A stretch of 64,000 bases of DNA. Source: an uncultured Spirochaetota bacterium. Its GTDB lineage: Bacteria > Spirochaetota > Spirochaetia > SZUA-6 > Fen-1364. Of this stretch, positions 21,898 to 30,385 are shown piece after piece. Each line of letters begins with the position of its first letter. The first letter of the stretch is position 1. A program made the position numbers and the translations under genes. The notes below the pieces were generated by a model. The model was not told the DNA's origin. It searched no databases and saw only the letters and a list, made by a program, of their open reading frames with translations. Location of the stretch: assembly GCA_963845535.1 (NCBI GenBank), contig CAWJSK010000019.1:32001-96000 (forward strand). Reading direction: 5' to 3'.

Positions 21898-23184
21898 ATG
21901 AGGGTAGGAGTGGCACGCAACGGCACCAACTGGCTGCGCGCGGTAAGCGCTTTTGACCGCAACGCGTATCTTCTGTTCATAACGGCCGGGCTGCTCGGGT
22001 TCACCTACTGGGGCATAACCTACCTTCTCACCAACCTGTTCCTTGTGCGCCTGGGATATGGGACGGTGGTGGTTGGCAACCTCAATTTCCTGTTCTACCT
22101 CCTCGTCACGGTGTTCAGCGTCCCCGCGGGCGCCTTGGGCATGGCCCTGGGCTGCCGCCGCGCAATGCTCACCGGCGGAGCCCTTGCGCTCCTTGGTTGG
22201 GCCATGGCGCCCGCGGTCATCTTCATCCCTGGCCCGTCAGCGCGCATCTCCATCCTCGCGGTTTCCCGCGTCATCAGCGCCGTTGGGGCCGCGGTCTTCA
22301 TCGTCAACTCCAACCCCGCGCTCATGGGCGCGGTCGAGCCCAAAGCCAGCACCTATGCTTTCGCGTTCAACGGGACCATGATCTCCCTGACTACTTTCGT
22401 CGGCAGCTTGTGCGGCGGCCTCCTTCCCAACCTGTTCGCGGCGGTAACGCGCGTGCGCCTTTCCTCGCCAATGCCGTATGGGCTCGCCCTCTGGGCCGCC
22501 GTGGTCATCCTGAGCCCCGGCATGATCCTGCTGTGGTTTTTCCGGGAAACGGGCAAGGGAGAGCAGAAAGCGGATCCTCGGGCAATTTCCCGGATTCCCT
22601 TGGGCCTGATTGCCGTTATTGTCATCGTTCGATTCCTCCGCGAATGCGGGTACGGCGGGGTCATCACGTTCTTCAACGTCTACCTGGACACCGCCCTCCA
22701 TCTGCCGACAACCTCCATCGGCCTTCTGGTCAGCATCTCCGCCATTGCCTCCATCATCTGCACCCCGCTGATGCCGATCATCGCAAGGAAATGGGGGGCG
22801 GGACGGACGTCGCTGGCCGGGCTTGTCGCCATGGGGCTTGCCGTGCTTCCTCTCGCAATTGTCCGCAACTGGCAGCCTGCCGCCATCGGGTGGGCAGGGA
22901 TGACCGCGGCGAACTCCCTGAACGAATCTGCAATGCAGGTGTTCATTCTCGACAGCGTGGCCACGAGGTACCGCGCTCTGATGTCCGGGGCGGCCAACAC
23001 GGCAAGCACGCTCGGGCTCGCGGCATCCGCCCTCTGGGGAGGGTATCTCATCCGCGCCGCGGGGTTTCGCGCGGTTTTCCTCTTGAGCGCCGGGCTGCTG
23101 TTCCTTTCCGCCGGGTCGTTCGCCGGGCTCCTTGGCTTCCGCAGGCGCACGCAGAAGGCCAGGCACGTGGTGCCCGCCCAATGA
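21898..23184 (+). CDS. MFS transporter
   Basis: About 12 hydrophobic helices in two halves; TTGACT-17-AATACT promoter just upstream; stop overlaps the hgcA start (ATGA). Confidence 0.88.
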   Translation: MRVGVARNGTNWLRAVSAFDRNAYLLFITAGLLGFTYWGITYLLTNLFLVRLGYGTVVVGNLNFLFYLLVTVFSVPAGALGMALGCRRAMLTGGALALLGWAMAPAVIFIPGPSARISILAVSRVISAVGAAVFIVNSNPALMGAVEPKASTYAFAFNGTMISLTTFVGSLCGGLLPNLFAAVTRVRLSSPMPYGLALWAAVVILSPGMILLWFFRETGKGEQKADPRAISRIPLGLIAVIVIVRFLRECGYGGVITFFNVYLDTALHLPTTSIGLLVSISAIASIICTPLMPIIARKWGAGRTSLAGLVAMGLAVLPLAIVRNWQPAAIGWAGMTAANSLNESAMQVFILDSVATRYRALMSGAANTASTLGLAASALWGGYLIRAAGFRAVFLLSAGLLFLSAGSFAGLLGFRRRTQKARHVVPAQ

Positions 23185-24233
23185 TGGCGGACCCCTCCTC
23201 AAGCGGCCCTTCCGTCCGAGAGCCGCCCGGCTTCATTCGCATCGACTCACAGTGGAACGCCGCGGACAGGGCCGGGGCCGTCAGGTGCAGGCTCAGCAAA
23301 TTTCGCATGCGCTACAAGGTGGCGCCCGGTCTTTATGCCCTGGGCCGCCCCGGTGAGGACTCTCCCGTGGTCGTCAGCGCAAGCTACAAGCTCTCCTTCG
23401 ACGTGCTGCGCAGAGATCTCAAGGGAACGGACTGCTGGATCATCGTGCTTCAAACCCTCGGGATCAACGTGTGGTGCGCCGCGGCGCAGGGGACCTTCGG
23501 AACGGAAGAGCTTGTTGCCCGGTTGGCCAGGACCAGGGTGGCGGAGGTGGTGAAGCACCGGGAATTGACGCTGCCGCAACTGGGGGCCGCCGGGGTCAAA
23601 GCGAGCGCCGTTCAGGAACAGGCAGGGTTCCATGTCCGATTCGGTCCTGTACGTTCACGGGACCTTCCGGCGTACCTTGCGGACGGAAGGGCCTCCGCTG
23701 CCATGCGAAAGGTCAGGTTCACTTTCCATGATCGATTGCTCCTGGCTCCGATGGAGCTGGGAGAGTCGCTGAAACGCTTCCTCATATTCGCTTTCGTCGC
23801 CATCCTGTATGCAGGACTTGCGCCCGGCGGCGTGGTTCTCCAGATGGCGTGGGTGGGGGTCTGGCCCTTGTTCGCTCTCGGACTGGCCGCGGTGTTTTCC
23901 GGCTCCGTCATCGTGCCTTTGCTTCTTCCTTGGATTCCCTTTCGAGCTTTCACCGCCAAGGGATGGCTGGTTGGCGCTCTCGTGAACGGCGCCCTGCTTC
24001 ACGGCGCCGGACTTGCACGGGGAATGGACCCGTACCGGTTGGTTGCCTGCTGGATCTTTTTTCCAGCCGCTGCCGCGGCCCTGGCGCTTTCGTTCACCGG
24101 GGCCACGACTTTCACGAGCCCCTCCGGCGTGAGGAGGGAAGTCACACGGGCAATTCCCATTTTCGCAGCGGCCGCCATCCTGACGATAGCGGCCCTGGTG
24201 CTTTCCAAGTTGGAGTTCTGGGGCTCGCTGTAG
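23181..24233 (+). CDS. hgcA: Mercury methylation corrinoid protein HgcA (variant cap helix NVWCAAAQG)
   Basis: Corrinoid domain YKVAPGLYALG-P-EDSPVVVSASYKLSFDVLR, GINVWCAA..GTFGTEEL, LPQLGAAGV and FGPVRSRDLP, followed by the HgcA-type TM domain LAPMEL, PLLLPWIPFRAF..KG and FTGATTFTSPSGVRRE. 350 aa. Confidence 0.88.
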   Translation: MMADPSSSGPSVREPPGFIRIDSQWNAADRAGAVRCRLSKFRMRYKVAPGLYALGRPGEDSPVVVSASYKLSFDVLRRDLKGTDCWIIVLQTLGINVWCAAAQGTFGTEELVARLARTRVAEVVKHRELTLPQLGAAGVKASAVQEQAGFHVRFGPVRSRDLPAYLADGRASAAMRKVRFTFHDRLLLAPMELGESLKRFLIFAFVAILYAGLAPGGVVLQMAWVGVWPLFALGLAAVFSGSVIVPLLLPWIPFRAFTAKGWLVGALVNGALLHGAGLARGMDPYRLVACWIFFPAAAAALALSFTGATTFTSPSGVRREVTRAIPIFAAAAILTIAALVLSKLEFWGSL

Positions 24234-24236
24234 GAT

Positions 24237-25049
24237 TTACCGGGCCTTTTGCGCCGTAAGCTGGACGCTCACGACGGCCTTGCCAATCTTGCGAAGCTCC
24301 TCGGCGGACATATCGGGAGCCTGTGCAAGAAAGCGCTCTTCGTCCTCCGGGCCGACCATGTCAGAGCTTTCCTTCTGCCGCTCCACCGTGATCTCGGTGA
24401 AGCCTGCTTTCTCCATCATCGACAGGTACTCCTCTTTGAGGATTGCCCCTGAGACGCATCCGGCAAACAGCGCTGCGTTTGTCTTCAACTTTTCCGGAAG
24501 ATTCTCCAACAACATGATGTCGGAGATCATGGCGCGGCCGCCCGGCCTCAAGATTCGATATGCTTCCTGAAACACGCGGGCTTTCTCCGTGGAAAGGTTG
24601 ATCACGCAATTGGAGATCACCACGTCAGCGCTGGCATCAGCGACAGGCAGGCTTTCGATCTCCCCAAGCCGAAACTCGACGTTTGCGTAGCCGCCCTTGC
24701 GTGACGCTGTCCTGGCCCTGTCCAGCATCTCAGGGGTCATGTCCACTCCGATCACCTTGCCCTCAGGCCCGACTTTGCATGAGGCGAGGAAGCAGTCGAT
24801 GCCGCCTCCTGAGCCCAAATCAACGACAGTCTCACCGGGGCGAAGCTCTCCCAGCGCCGTCGGGTTTCCGCACCCCAGGCCCAGGTCAGCTTCCACCGGG
24901 ATGCTGGCAAGCTGGCTGCCGTCATATCCCACGCGCTCGCTCTGTGAGGACTTCGCTTTGCTCCCGCAGCAGGGGCCGCACCCGGCACCTGCCCCCCGGG
25001 CAGTTTGAGCGTAATGCTTTCGGACCTCCGCCCTCATGTCAGTTGCCAC
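24237..25049 (-). CDS. arsM: Arsenite S-adenosylmethionine methyltransferase
   Basis: CGPCCG, LGLGCGNP, VVDLGSGGGIDC, GVDMT, ISNCVINL and GCVSGA; GTG start behind GGAGG. Confidence 0.93.
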   Translation of the reverse strand: MATDMRAEVRKHYAQTARGAGAGCGPCCGSKAKSSQSERVGYDGSQLASIPVEADLGLGCGNPTALGELRPGETVVDLGSGGGIDCFLASCKVGPEGKVIGVDMTPEMLDRARTASRKGGYANVEFRLGEIESLPVADASADVVISNCVINLSTEKARVFQEAYRILRPGGRAMISDIMLLENLPEKLKTNAALFAGCVSGAILKEEYLSMMEKAGFTEITVERQKESSDMVGPEDEERFLAQAPDMSAEELRKIGKAVVSVQLTAQKAR

Positions 25050-25104
25050 GCCGCACCTCCTTGTCGACAATCTCGCCGAACGTGTGATTCATCGTTCGGC
25101 AGGC

Positions 25105-25353
25105 TTATTCGGCCAGCTCACGAGCCACGGGACCAAGGATTTCCCTCACCGTGCCCGCGAGCTGCTCGACTTTCATGAGCGAAAGGCAGCACACCCTGCC
25201 CCCGCTCTGCATGGTCACAACGGCAAGCTTGTCTCCCGCCTTGATCCCCGCCGCGGAGCGCAGCTCCTTGGGCAGGACGATCTGCCCGCGGGCGTCCACG
25301 GTCACCACGGCGTCCACGGAGCAACAGCTCTCCGCCTTTGCATTCTTCGCCAT
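25105..25353 (-). CDS. hgcC: AbrB/MazE-fold protein with two Cys-Cys pairs (HgcAB-associated HgcC-like)
   Basis: CCSVDAVVTVDARGQIVLPKELR..AGIKAGDKL...VCCLSLMK. The family name is recalled from memory, not searched. Confidence 0.75.
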   Translation of the reverse strand: MAKNAKAESCCSVDAVVTVDARGQIVLPKELRSAAGIKAGDKLAVVTMQSGGRVCCLSLMKVEQLAGTVREILGPVARELAE

Positions 25354-25365
25354 CGTTTGTTGTCC

Positions 25366-25426
25366 TGTTCCGTAAAATCAGAAAAATCAGATAATACGAA
25401 TATAGCGGATTTAGCGGAAAAGGCAA
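25366..25426 (-). promoter_or_regulatory. hgcC-arsM promoter overlaid by phased 9-bp direct repeats
   Basis: TTGCCT-16-TATATT; units TTCCGCTAA/ATCCGCTAT/ATTCGTATT/ATCTGATTT/TTCTGATTT/TACGGAACA. Confidence 0.6.
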
Positions 25427-25494
25427 GAGAAAGATGACGGCCTCCTGGGCGAGGGCCGGCGGGCTTGGTGACGCGTGTGGGGGAAGCGGATGCT

Positions 25495-27009
25495 TCAGGG
25501 GCCGTCACGCAGGAGCTGGTCGAGCAGCTCCGGCAGGCGGACAATGGCAATGCGCGTGGCCGAGTCGGAGACGGCATACGGGAGGAAAAGACGCTCTCCG
25601 TGGATGAGGGAGCCGCAGGAGTAGACGACGTTCGGCACGTATCCGCGCGAGCCCTGCTCCGCCGCGGCTATGAGCGGCTCCTTGAGCCTGCCCCGGACGC
25701 GAAGCGGATCTTTTTCATCAAGGAGCATGGCCCCAATGCTGTAGCGCCGCATGGGTCCCACGCCGTGAGTGATGAGGAGCCATCCCTCGGGGGTCTGAAG
25801 CGGCGAGCCGCAGTTGCCGATGAGCCGCCACTCCCAGGGATACGCGGGCCGCGCAAGGATGATGGCGGTCTCCCAGAAGTGAATGAGGTCGGAAAACATC
25901 AGGTAGAGGTTGCGGCCGTCGATCCGGGAGCACATTGCGTAGTGTCCGCCGATTCGCCGCGGGAAAAGCGCCATCCCCTTGTTCTGCACGCACGCCCCGT
26001 TGAGGGTATGGATGCAGAACGAACGGAAGTCCGGGGTCTCCATGAGCATGGGAAGGATGTTCTGCCCGTTGAAAGCCGTGTACGTGCCGAACCAGGTGGC
26101 GGATCCGTTGTCATCGAGAAAACGAACCAGCCGCATGTCCTCGATGCCCCGGGATTCGCTGTCGCTGCGGGGGAAGAGGACCAGGTCGCGCACGTCGTCC
26201 TCCGGCGGCAGCTGGAGGCGGTAATTGGCCCTCACGAGCCATTCGAGCATCGATATCGAGTTGGAAAGCCGGGGGTCTTCCCCATTTTCGGCCAGCACCG
26301 CGGTGGTGGCGGCGTCAAGCTCAGCGTGCGTGAAAAGCTCGGGAAGCCGCGCGAAGATCAGGTCTGCCTTTTCGCAGGAAATCCCCATCTCGCAAAGCTT
26401 GCGCCGCAGGAGGTCCTTCTTGTAGCGGGCATCCGGCACCACCCGAGGGCTCGCCGATCTCCCCGTCTGCGGATCAAGCCGGAATATCCCCGCCGCGGAG
26501 ATGGTTCCCGTTTGAAACACCGTGGTGGAGATGTGGCCCTCTCCCACCGCGCGCAGGCTCATGATGAAGCGCAGCCCTCCGCGAGGGGCGCCGCGCTGGT
26601 CAGGGTGGGGGACGATGGACGGATTGAACAAGGCGGCCGCTTCAATGGAGTACTCCATGGTGAAGTAGGCCCCAATCAGGAGCCGCCTTTCCCGGGAGAG
26701 CTTGTCATGCATGCCGTTGATCCGCGCCGCGCTATCGTAGCGCTCCTGGAGAAGCTCTTCGAAGCGTTCATGCCTGTTACGGAACTCCGCCACCAGGGAG
26801 ACGAGATTGATGGCCACCTCCTGGTCCGTCAAGCCCTCCACATACGTGAACACGGACTGCAGATCGTGGTGCCCCCCCATGTTGAACGGGAGCATGATGC
26901 TGCGCCGGGCGTCTCCGATGAGCTGCACCGGCACGTGCCGGACGGTGATGCCGCGGTGCACGGCCACGCGCGACTGCGTGGTGCCGAGAGCCATCCGTGC
27001 GCGCTTCAT
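25495..27009 (-). CDS. Glycoside hydrolase family 130-like protein
   Basis: EYSIEAAALFNPS, SLRAVGEGHIS, GIEDMR, NKGMALFPR, IGNCGSP, GYVPNVVYSCG. Confidence 0.9.
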   Translation of the reverse strand: MKRARMALGTTQSRVAVHRGITVRHVPVQLIGDARRSIMLPFNMGGHHDLQSVFTYVEGLTDQEVAINLVSLVAEFRNRHERFEELLQERYDSAARINGMHDKLSRERRLLIGAYFTMEYSIEAAALFNPSIVPHPDQRGAPRGGLRFIMSLRAVGEGHISTTVFQTGTISAAGIFRLDPQTGRSASPRVVPDARYKKDLLRRKLCEMGISCEKADLIFARLPELFTHAELDAATTAVLAENGEDPRLSNSISMLEWLVRANYRLQLPPEDDVRDLVLFPRSDSESRGIEDMRLVRFLDDNGSATWFGTYTAFNGQNILPMLMETPDFRSFCIHTLNGACVQNKGMALFPRRIGGHYAMCSRIDGRNLYLMFSDLIHFWETAIILARPAYPWEWRLIGNCGSPLQTPEGWLLITHGVGPMRRYSIGAMLLDEKDPLRVRGRLKEPLIAAAEQGSRGYVPNVVYSCGSLIHGERLFLPYAVSDSATRIAIVRLPELLDQLLRDGP

Positions 27010-29288
27010 TGCCGGGACCGCTCCCCGTCCTGCTCAAGCTGATGGAAAGCCAGGACGCTCGCCAGCCATGACAAGGTGGACTCCGCGCCCTCGTTGAGGT
27101 TGGGCCCGTTCGGGGAGAGGCCGTCGCGGCATCCCCCCGTGGAGGAATCATAGAGCGCGGACTGCGTGTCGTTGCTTCCCAGGAACCATCCCAGGAAACG
27201 GCGTGCCCGTTCCCGCCACAGGGTGTCCCGTGTGGCCTGCCATGCGGCGCAACACGCCTCAACGAGGGCGGACGCGTCGATGGGCTGCTGGTCGAAGCGG
27301 GCGCGGCTCCCGTCCCGCCGAAGCCAGCCGTGATTGCCGATGAGGCTCACCGTCCCTTCCGCGGAGAGCTGCAGCCCGACGAGCCATTCCAGGGAGGATA
27401 GCCCCTGGTTCACCATGGCGTCATCCCGCATCGACAAACCGCTCAGCACAAGGGCGTGAGGCAGCGCCGCGTTTGCGTACGTGACCACCTCTTCGCACCA
27501 GGGCCATTCGGCGGTGCCGTTGCACCGGAAGGCGCTCATGAGCTTTTCCGCGAGGGTGGAGCGCAGACGCCGCGCATTCTCGTCCCCGCTGAAACGCTGG
27601 AGGTAGGAGCAAGCCCCCAGGAGGCTGAACGCCCAGGCGCGCGGGGAGATGAGCCGCTGTGCGCTGGGGAGGGCTTCCGCGAAAAGCCTGCAAGCGAACG
27701 GGAGCACGGCGTCCGTGGATCCGGAAGCCACCACGGTGCCCAACGCCCAGAGGCTGCGGCCGAAGGTGTCTTCACTCGGGGACTCATCCGACCAGCGCCG
27801 CTCGTAGCCCAGAAAGTTGCGAAACGTGCCCGTGGGCCGGTCGAAGGAGTAGTGCAGGAAGGACATGTACCTCTTGGCAAGGCTCAGCGTTCCCTCATCC
27901 CGCGTGAGCGCGTGATGCCGGATGGCCACGATGAGAGCGCGGGAGTTGTCATCCGTGCAGTAGCCGTGCGTGCGATCCGGGACCGTGTAGAGAGAGTGCT
28001 GGATGATGCCGCTGTCATCCGTCAGGACCTTCAGGTGACCGAGGTTGATCTCGGGTATCCCGTCGTAGACGGATGGCAACCTCAGGGGGCGCGTGGACGG
28101 ACGCGGAGTAAGCTGCCGGTCTTCAACGACCTGCTCGACAAGCTCCACGTATCTGCGCGCCACCTCTTTCCAAATCATGGTCCGGGAATGCGCATATGCG
28201 CGCTCGCGGAGCGCTTCCCATCGCTCCGGGTCCTCGATGAGGGCATTCGCGCCTTCCGCAAGCGCATGAGAATCCCCGAACGGGAAGAGCACTCCGCGAT
28301 CATCCGCAAGCATTTCCTCCGCATAGCGGTACGGGGTGGAGAGGATTGCCTTCCCCATGCCGAGCGCCATGGCGAGCGTTCCTGACGCTATCTGTTCCTT
28401 GTTTCCATACGGAGTGACGTAAATGTCCGCGGCGGAAACGAAACGGGCCAGCTCCTGGGAGGACATGTAACGGTTGAGGAACACGACATCCTCACGCACG
28501 CCGCAGCGCTCGGCAAGCCTTTCCAGCGACGCGACGTACGAGTTGCCGTCCCGTCGGAACTCGCACGGGTGCGTTGCGCCAAGGACGATGTAGATGGTTT
28601 GCGGGTGCCGGGAAACGATTGCGGGCAAAGCGCGTATGACGACGTCGATGGCTTTGCCGGGGGACAGGAGGCCGAAGGTCATCATCACGGTGCGGCCCTG
28701 GAGGCCCAGGTTTGCCTTGGAGACCGCCGGATCAGAGAGCGGCAGGTCGGGAATCCCATGGGGGATGACAGCGATCTTGTCCGCGCTTATGCCGTAGATT
28801 TCCCGCAGGATGGTCCGCGCGGTCTCGCACAGGGCAACGAGTTTTTCGCTGGCAGCGGCGATCCCCAGGATGATCTTTCTCTGCTGAGGGGTCGGAGCAG
28901 ACACCACCGTGTGCAGCGTTGTGACCAGCGGCATGCGAAGCCGGCGCGCCAGCGCCAGGACATAGACGCCGCTTTCACCGCCGAAGATCCCGAACTCGTG
29001 CTGGATCACCGCCGCGTCGATCTGGTTGATGTTGAGGAAATCCGCGGCAAGCACGTAGTCACGGGGGTTGCTGTCCCTGATGCGAAAGCGCACCTCCGGC
29101 GGGTATGCGAACGCAGCGCTGGAGTCATCCATGCTGAGCACCGGCGTGTCCAGGGTTGCCCGCACCGCGACAAGGCCTTCCCGAAGGTCCTTGGTGAAAG
29201 TGGCAATCCCGCACATTCGCGGAACGTACGAGCCTATCAGGGCAACGCTTTGAAGGTTGGGTGGCACCGCTCTACCTTTTTCATTCAC
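27006..29288 (-). CDS. GT4 glycosyltransferase fused to a C-terminal helical glycosidase-like domain
   Basis: PRMCGIATFT, QHEFGIFGG, FGLLSPGK and SGTL in the GT4 part; GYCTDDNSRAL, FDQQP and NEGAESTL in the C-domain. GTG 29288 lies downstream of a TTGACG-17-TATACT promoter. Confidence 0.88.
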   Translation of the reverse strand: MNEKGRAVPPNLQSVALIGSYVPRMCGIATFTKDLREGLVAVRATLDTPVLSMDDSSAAFAYPPEVRFRIRDSNPRDYVLAADFLNINQIDAAVIQHEFGIFGGESGVYVLALARRLRMPLVTTLHTVVSAPTPQQRKIILGIAAASEKLVALCETARTILREIYGISADKIAVIPHGIPDLPLSDPAVSKANLGLQGRTVMMTFGLLSPGKAIDVVIRALPAIVSRHPQTIYIVLGATHPCEFRRDGNSYVASLERLAERCGVREDVVFLNRYMSSQELARFVSAADIYVTPYGNKEQIASGTLAMALGMGKAILSTPYRYAEEMLADDRGVLFPFGDSHALAEGANALIEDPERWEALRERAYAHSRTMIWKEVARRYVELVEQVVEDRQLTPRPSTRPLRLPSVYDGIPEINLGHLKVLTDDSGIIQHSLYTVPDRTHGYCTDDNSRALIVAIRHHALTRDEGTLSLAKRYMSFLHYSFDRPTGTFRNFLGYERRWSDESPSEDTFGRSLWALGTVVASGSTDAVLPFACRLFAEALPSAQRLISPRAWAFSLLGACSYLQRFSGDENARRLRSTLAEKLMSAFRCNGTAEWPWCEEVVTYANAALPHALVLSGLSMRDDAMVNQGLSSLEWLVGLQLSAEGTVSLIGNHGWLRRDGSRARFDQQPIDASALVEACCAAWQATRDTLWRERARRFLGWFLGSNDTQSALYDSSTGGCRDGLSPNGPNLNEGAESTLSWLASVLAFHQLEQDGERSRQ

Positions 29289-29340
29289 ATCACCTTCCCG
29301 ACGGAAATGGATGTCCAGCGGAGCGAGCCGATCTGGGGAA

Positions 29341-29433
29341 AGTATAGGGCCGGGCTGCCGGGCCGTCAACTCTTTGCAGGCAACTCTTTGCAGGCGGCGC
29401 GTCTTTGCAGGCCGCGATCATTGGCGGTAGACT
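29341..29433. promoter_or_regulatory. Back-to-back sigma70 promoters with a 14-bp tandem repeat
   Basis: Minus strand TTGACG-17-TATACT (29369-29341); plus strand TTGCAG-17-TAGACT (29405-29433); CAACTCTTTGCAGG x2 plus a partial third copy. Confidence 0.65.
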
Positions 29434-29439
29434 CCCGCC

Positions 29440-30354
29440 ATGAGCCCGAAGAAGGTCCTGATTGACACTGATTGCGGTGTGGATGACGCAATTGCCATCA
29501 TGATTGCCCTGGCCAGCCCCGCCGAGGTTTCGGTCCTCGGGATCACGACGGTCTCAGGGAATGTGCCCCTTGCCAACGTGGTGGACAATGTGCTGCGCCT
29601 CCTGAGCTTCCTCGGCAGGACGGAAATCCCCGTGTTTCGCGGCGCCTCACGACCCCTTGTCGAGCCTCTTCATCACGCCCCTGACGTGCATGGGGCGAAC
29701 GGCCTCGGCGGAGTGGAGCTGCCTGCGCCCCGTATCGTCGAACAGCGTGAGAGAGCTCCGGAAGGGATTGCGCGCATTGCGCGTGAGAGCCCGGGCCTTA
29801 CGCTGCTCACACTGGGGCCCCTCACGAACATCGCCATGGCGCTGAACCTTTACCCGGAGCTGAAAGGACAGATCGCGGAGATCGTCGCCATGGGCGGGGC
29901 GGTGGAAAAGGGGAACGTCACGCGGTTTGCCGAGTTCAATTTCCACGCAGACCCGGAAGCGGTGCAGAGCGTCCTTGACTCCGGCATCCCGCTCTCCCTG
30001 CTCACCTGGGACACCACTCTCACCGTGGCTCACGCGGAGGCGGAGCTGGAAGCCCTTGGGCTGAAAAAAACCGCATCCGGGAAGCTGGTCCTTGACCTCC
30101 AGCAAACGGTGTTCCGCTTCATCGAAACGAACCGCGGCATGCGCAGTCACCATGCTGCCGGATCCCCTGGCCGCGGCCTGGTTGGTTGACCCGAAGATCG
30201 CCGGTCAGCCCCTGGCCACGGGGATGCGCATGGAGCTGGGCCAGAACGCCATGCGCGGAGCGTCCATCACCCAACGCGGCGACGGCGTTCAGCTCATTGT
30301 CGACATTGACAAGCCCGGATTCGACCGTATACTGAGCCGCGTCATCGGGCATGA
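29440..30354 (+). CDS. Nucleoside hydrolase (IU-NH family), frameshifted near 30145; 3' end approximate
   Basis: IDTDCGVDDA, VHGANGLG, LGPLTNIA and AEFNFHADPEA; PDPLAAA lies in the next frame. Confidence 0.85.
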
Positions 30355-30385
30355 AACAGTAGACTTGGAAAAGGGAGGGTCTTCA

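Noticed and set aside
22197..23180. 678-aa ORF suggesting a long N-terminal extension on HgcA
   Set aside because: The extension is an off-frame read of the MFS gene (Arg/Pro-rich nonsense); HgcA homology starts after the ATGA overlap at 23181.
23181..24233. Corrinoid Fe-S protein subunit (CdhD/CdhE) rather than HgcA
   Set aside because: It has the HgcA-specific C-terminal TM domain and the Cys cap helix, lacks the TIM-barrel and Fe-S domains, and no acetyl-CoA synthase genes are nearby.
25465..27042. 525-aa plus-strand ORF (likewise 46837-48597 minus and 17555-18559 plus)
   Set aside because: Antisense shadows of well-supported genes in high-GC DNA.
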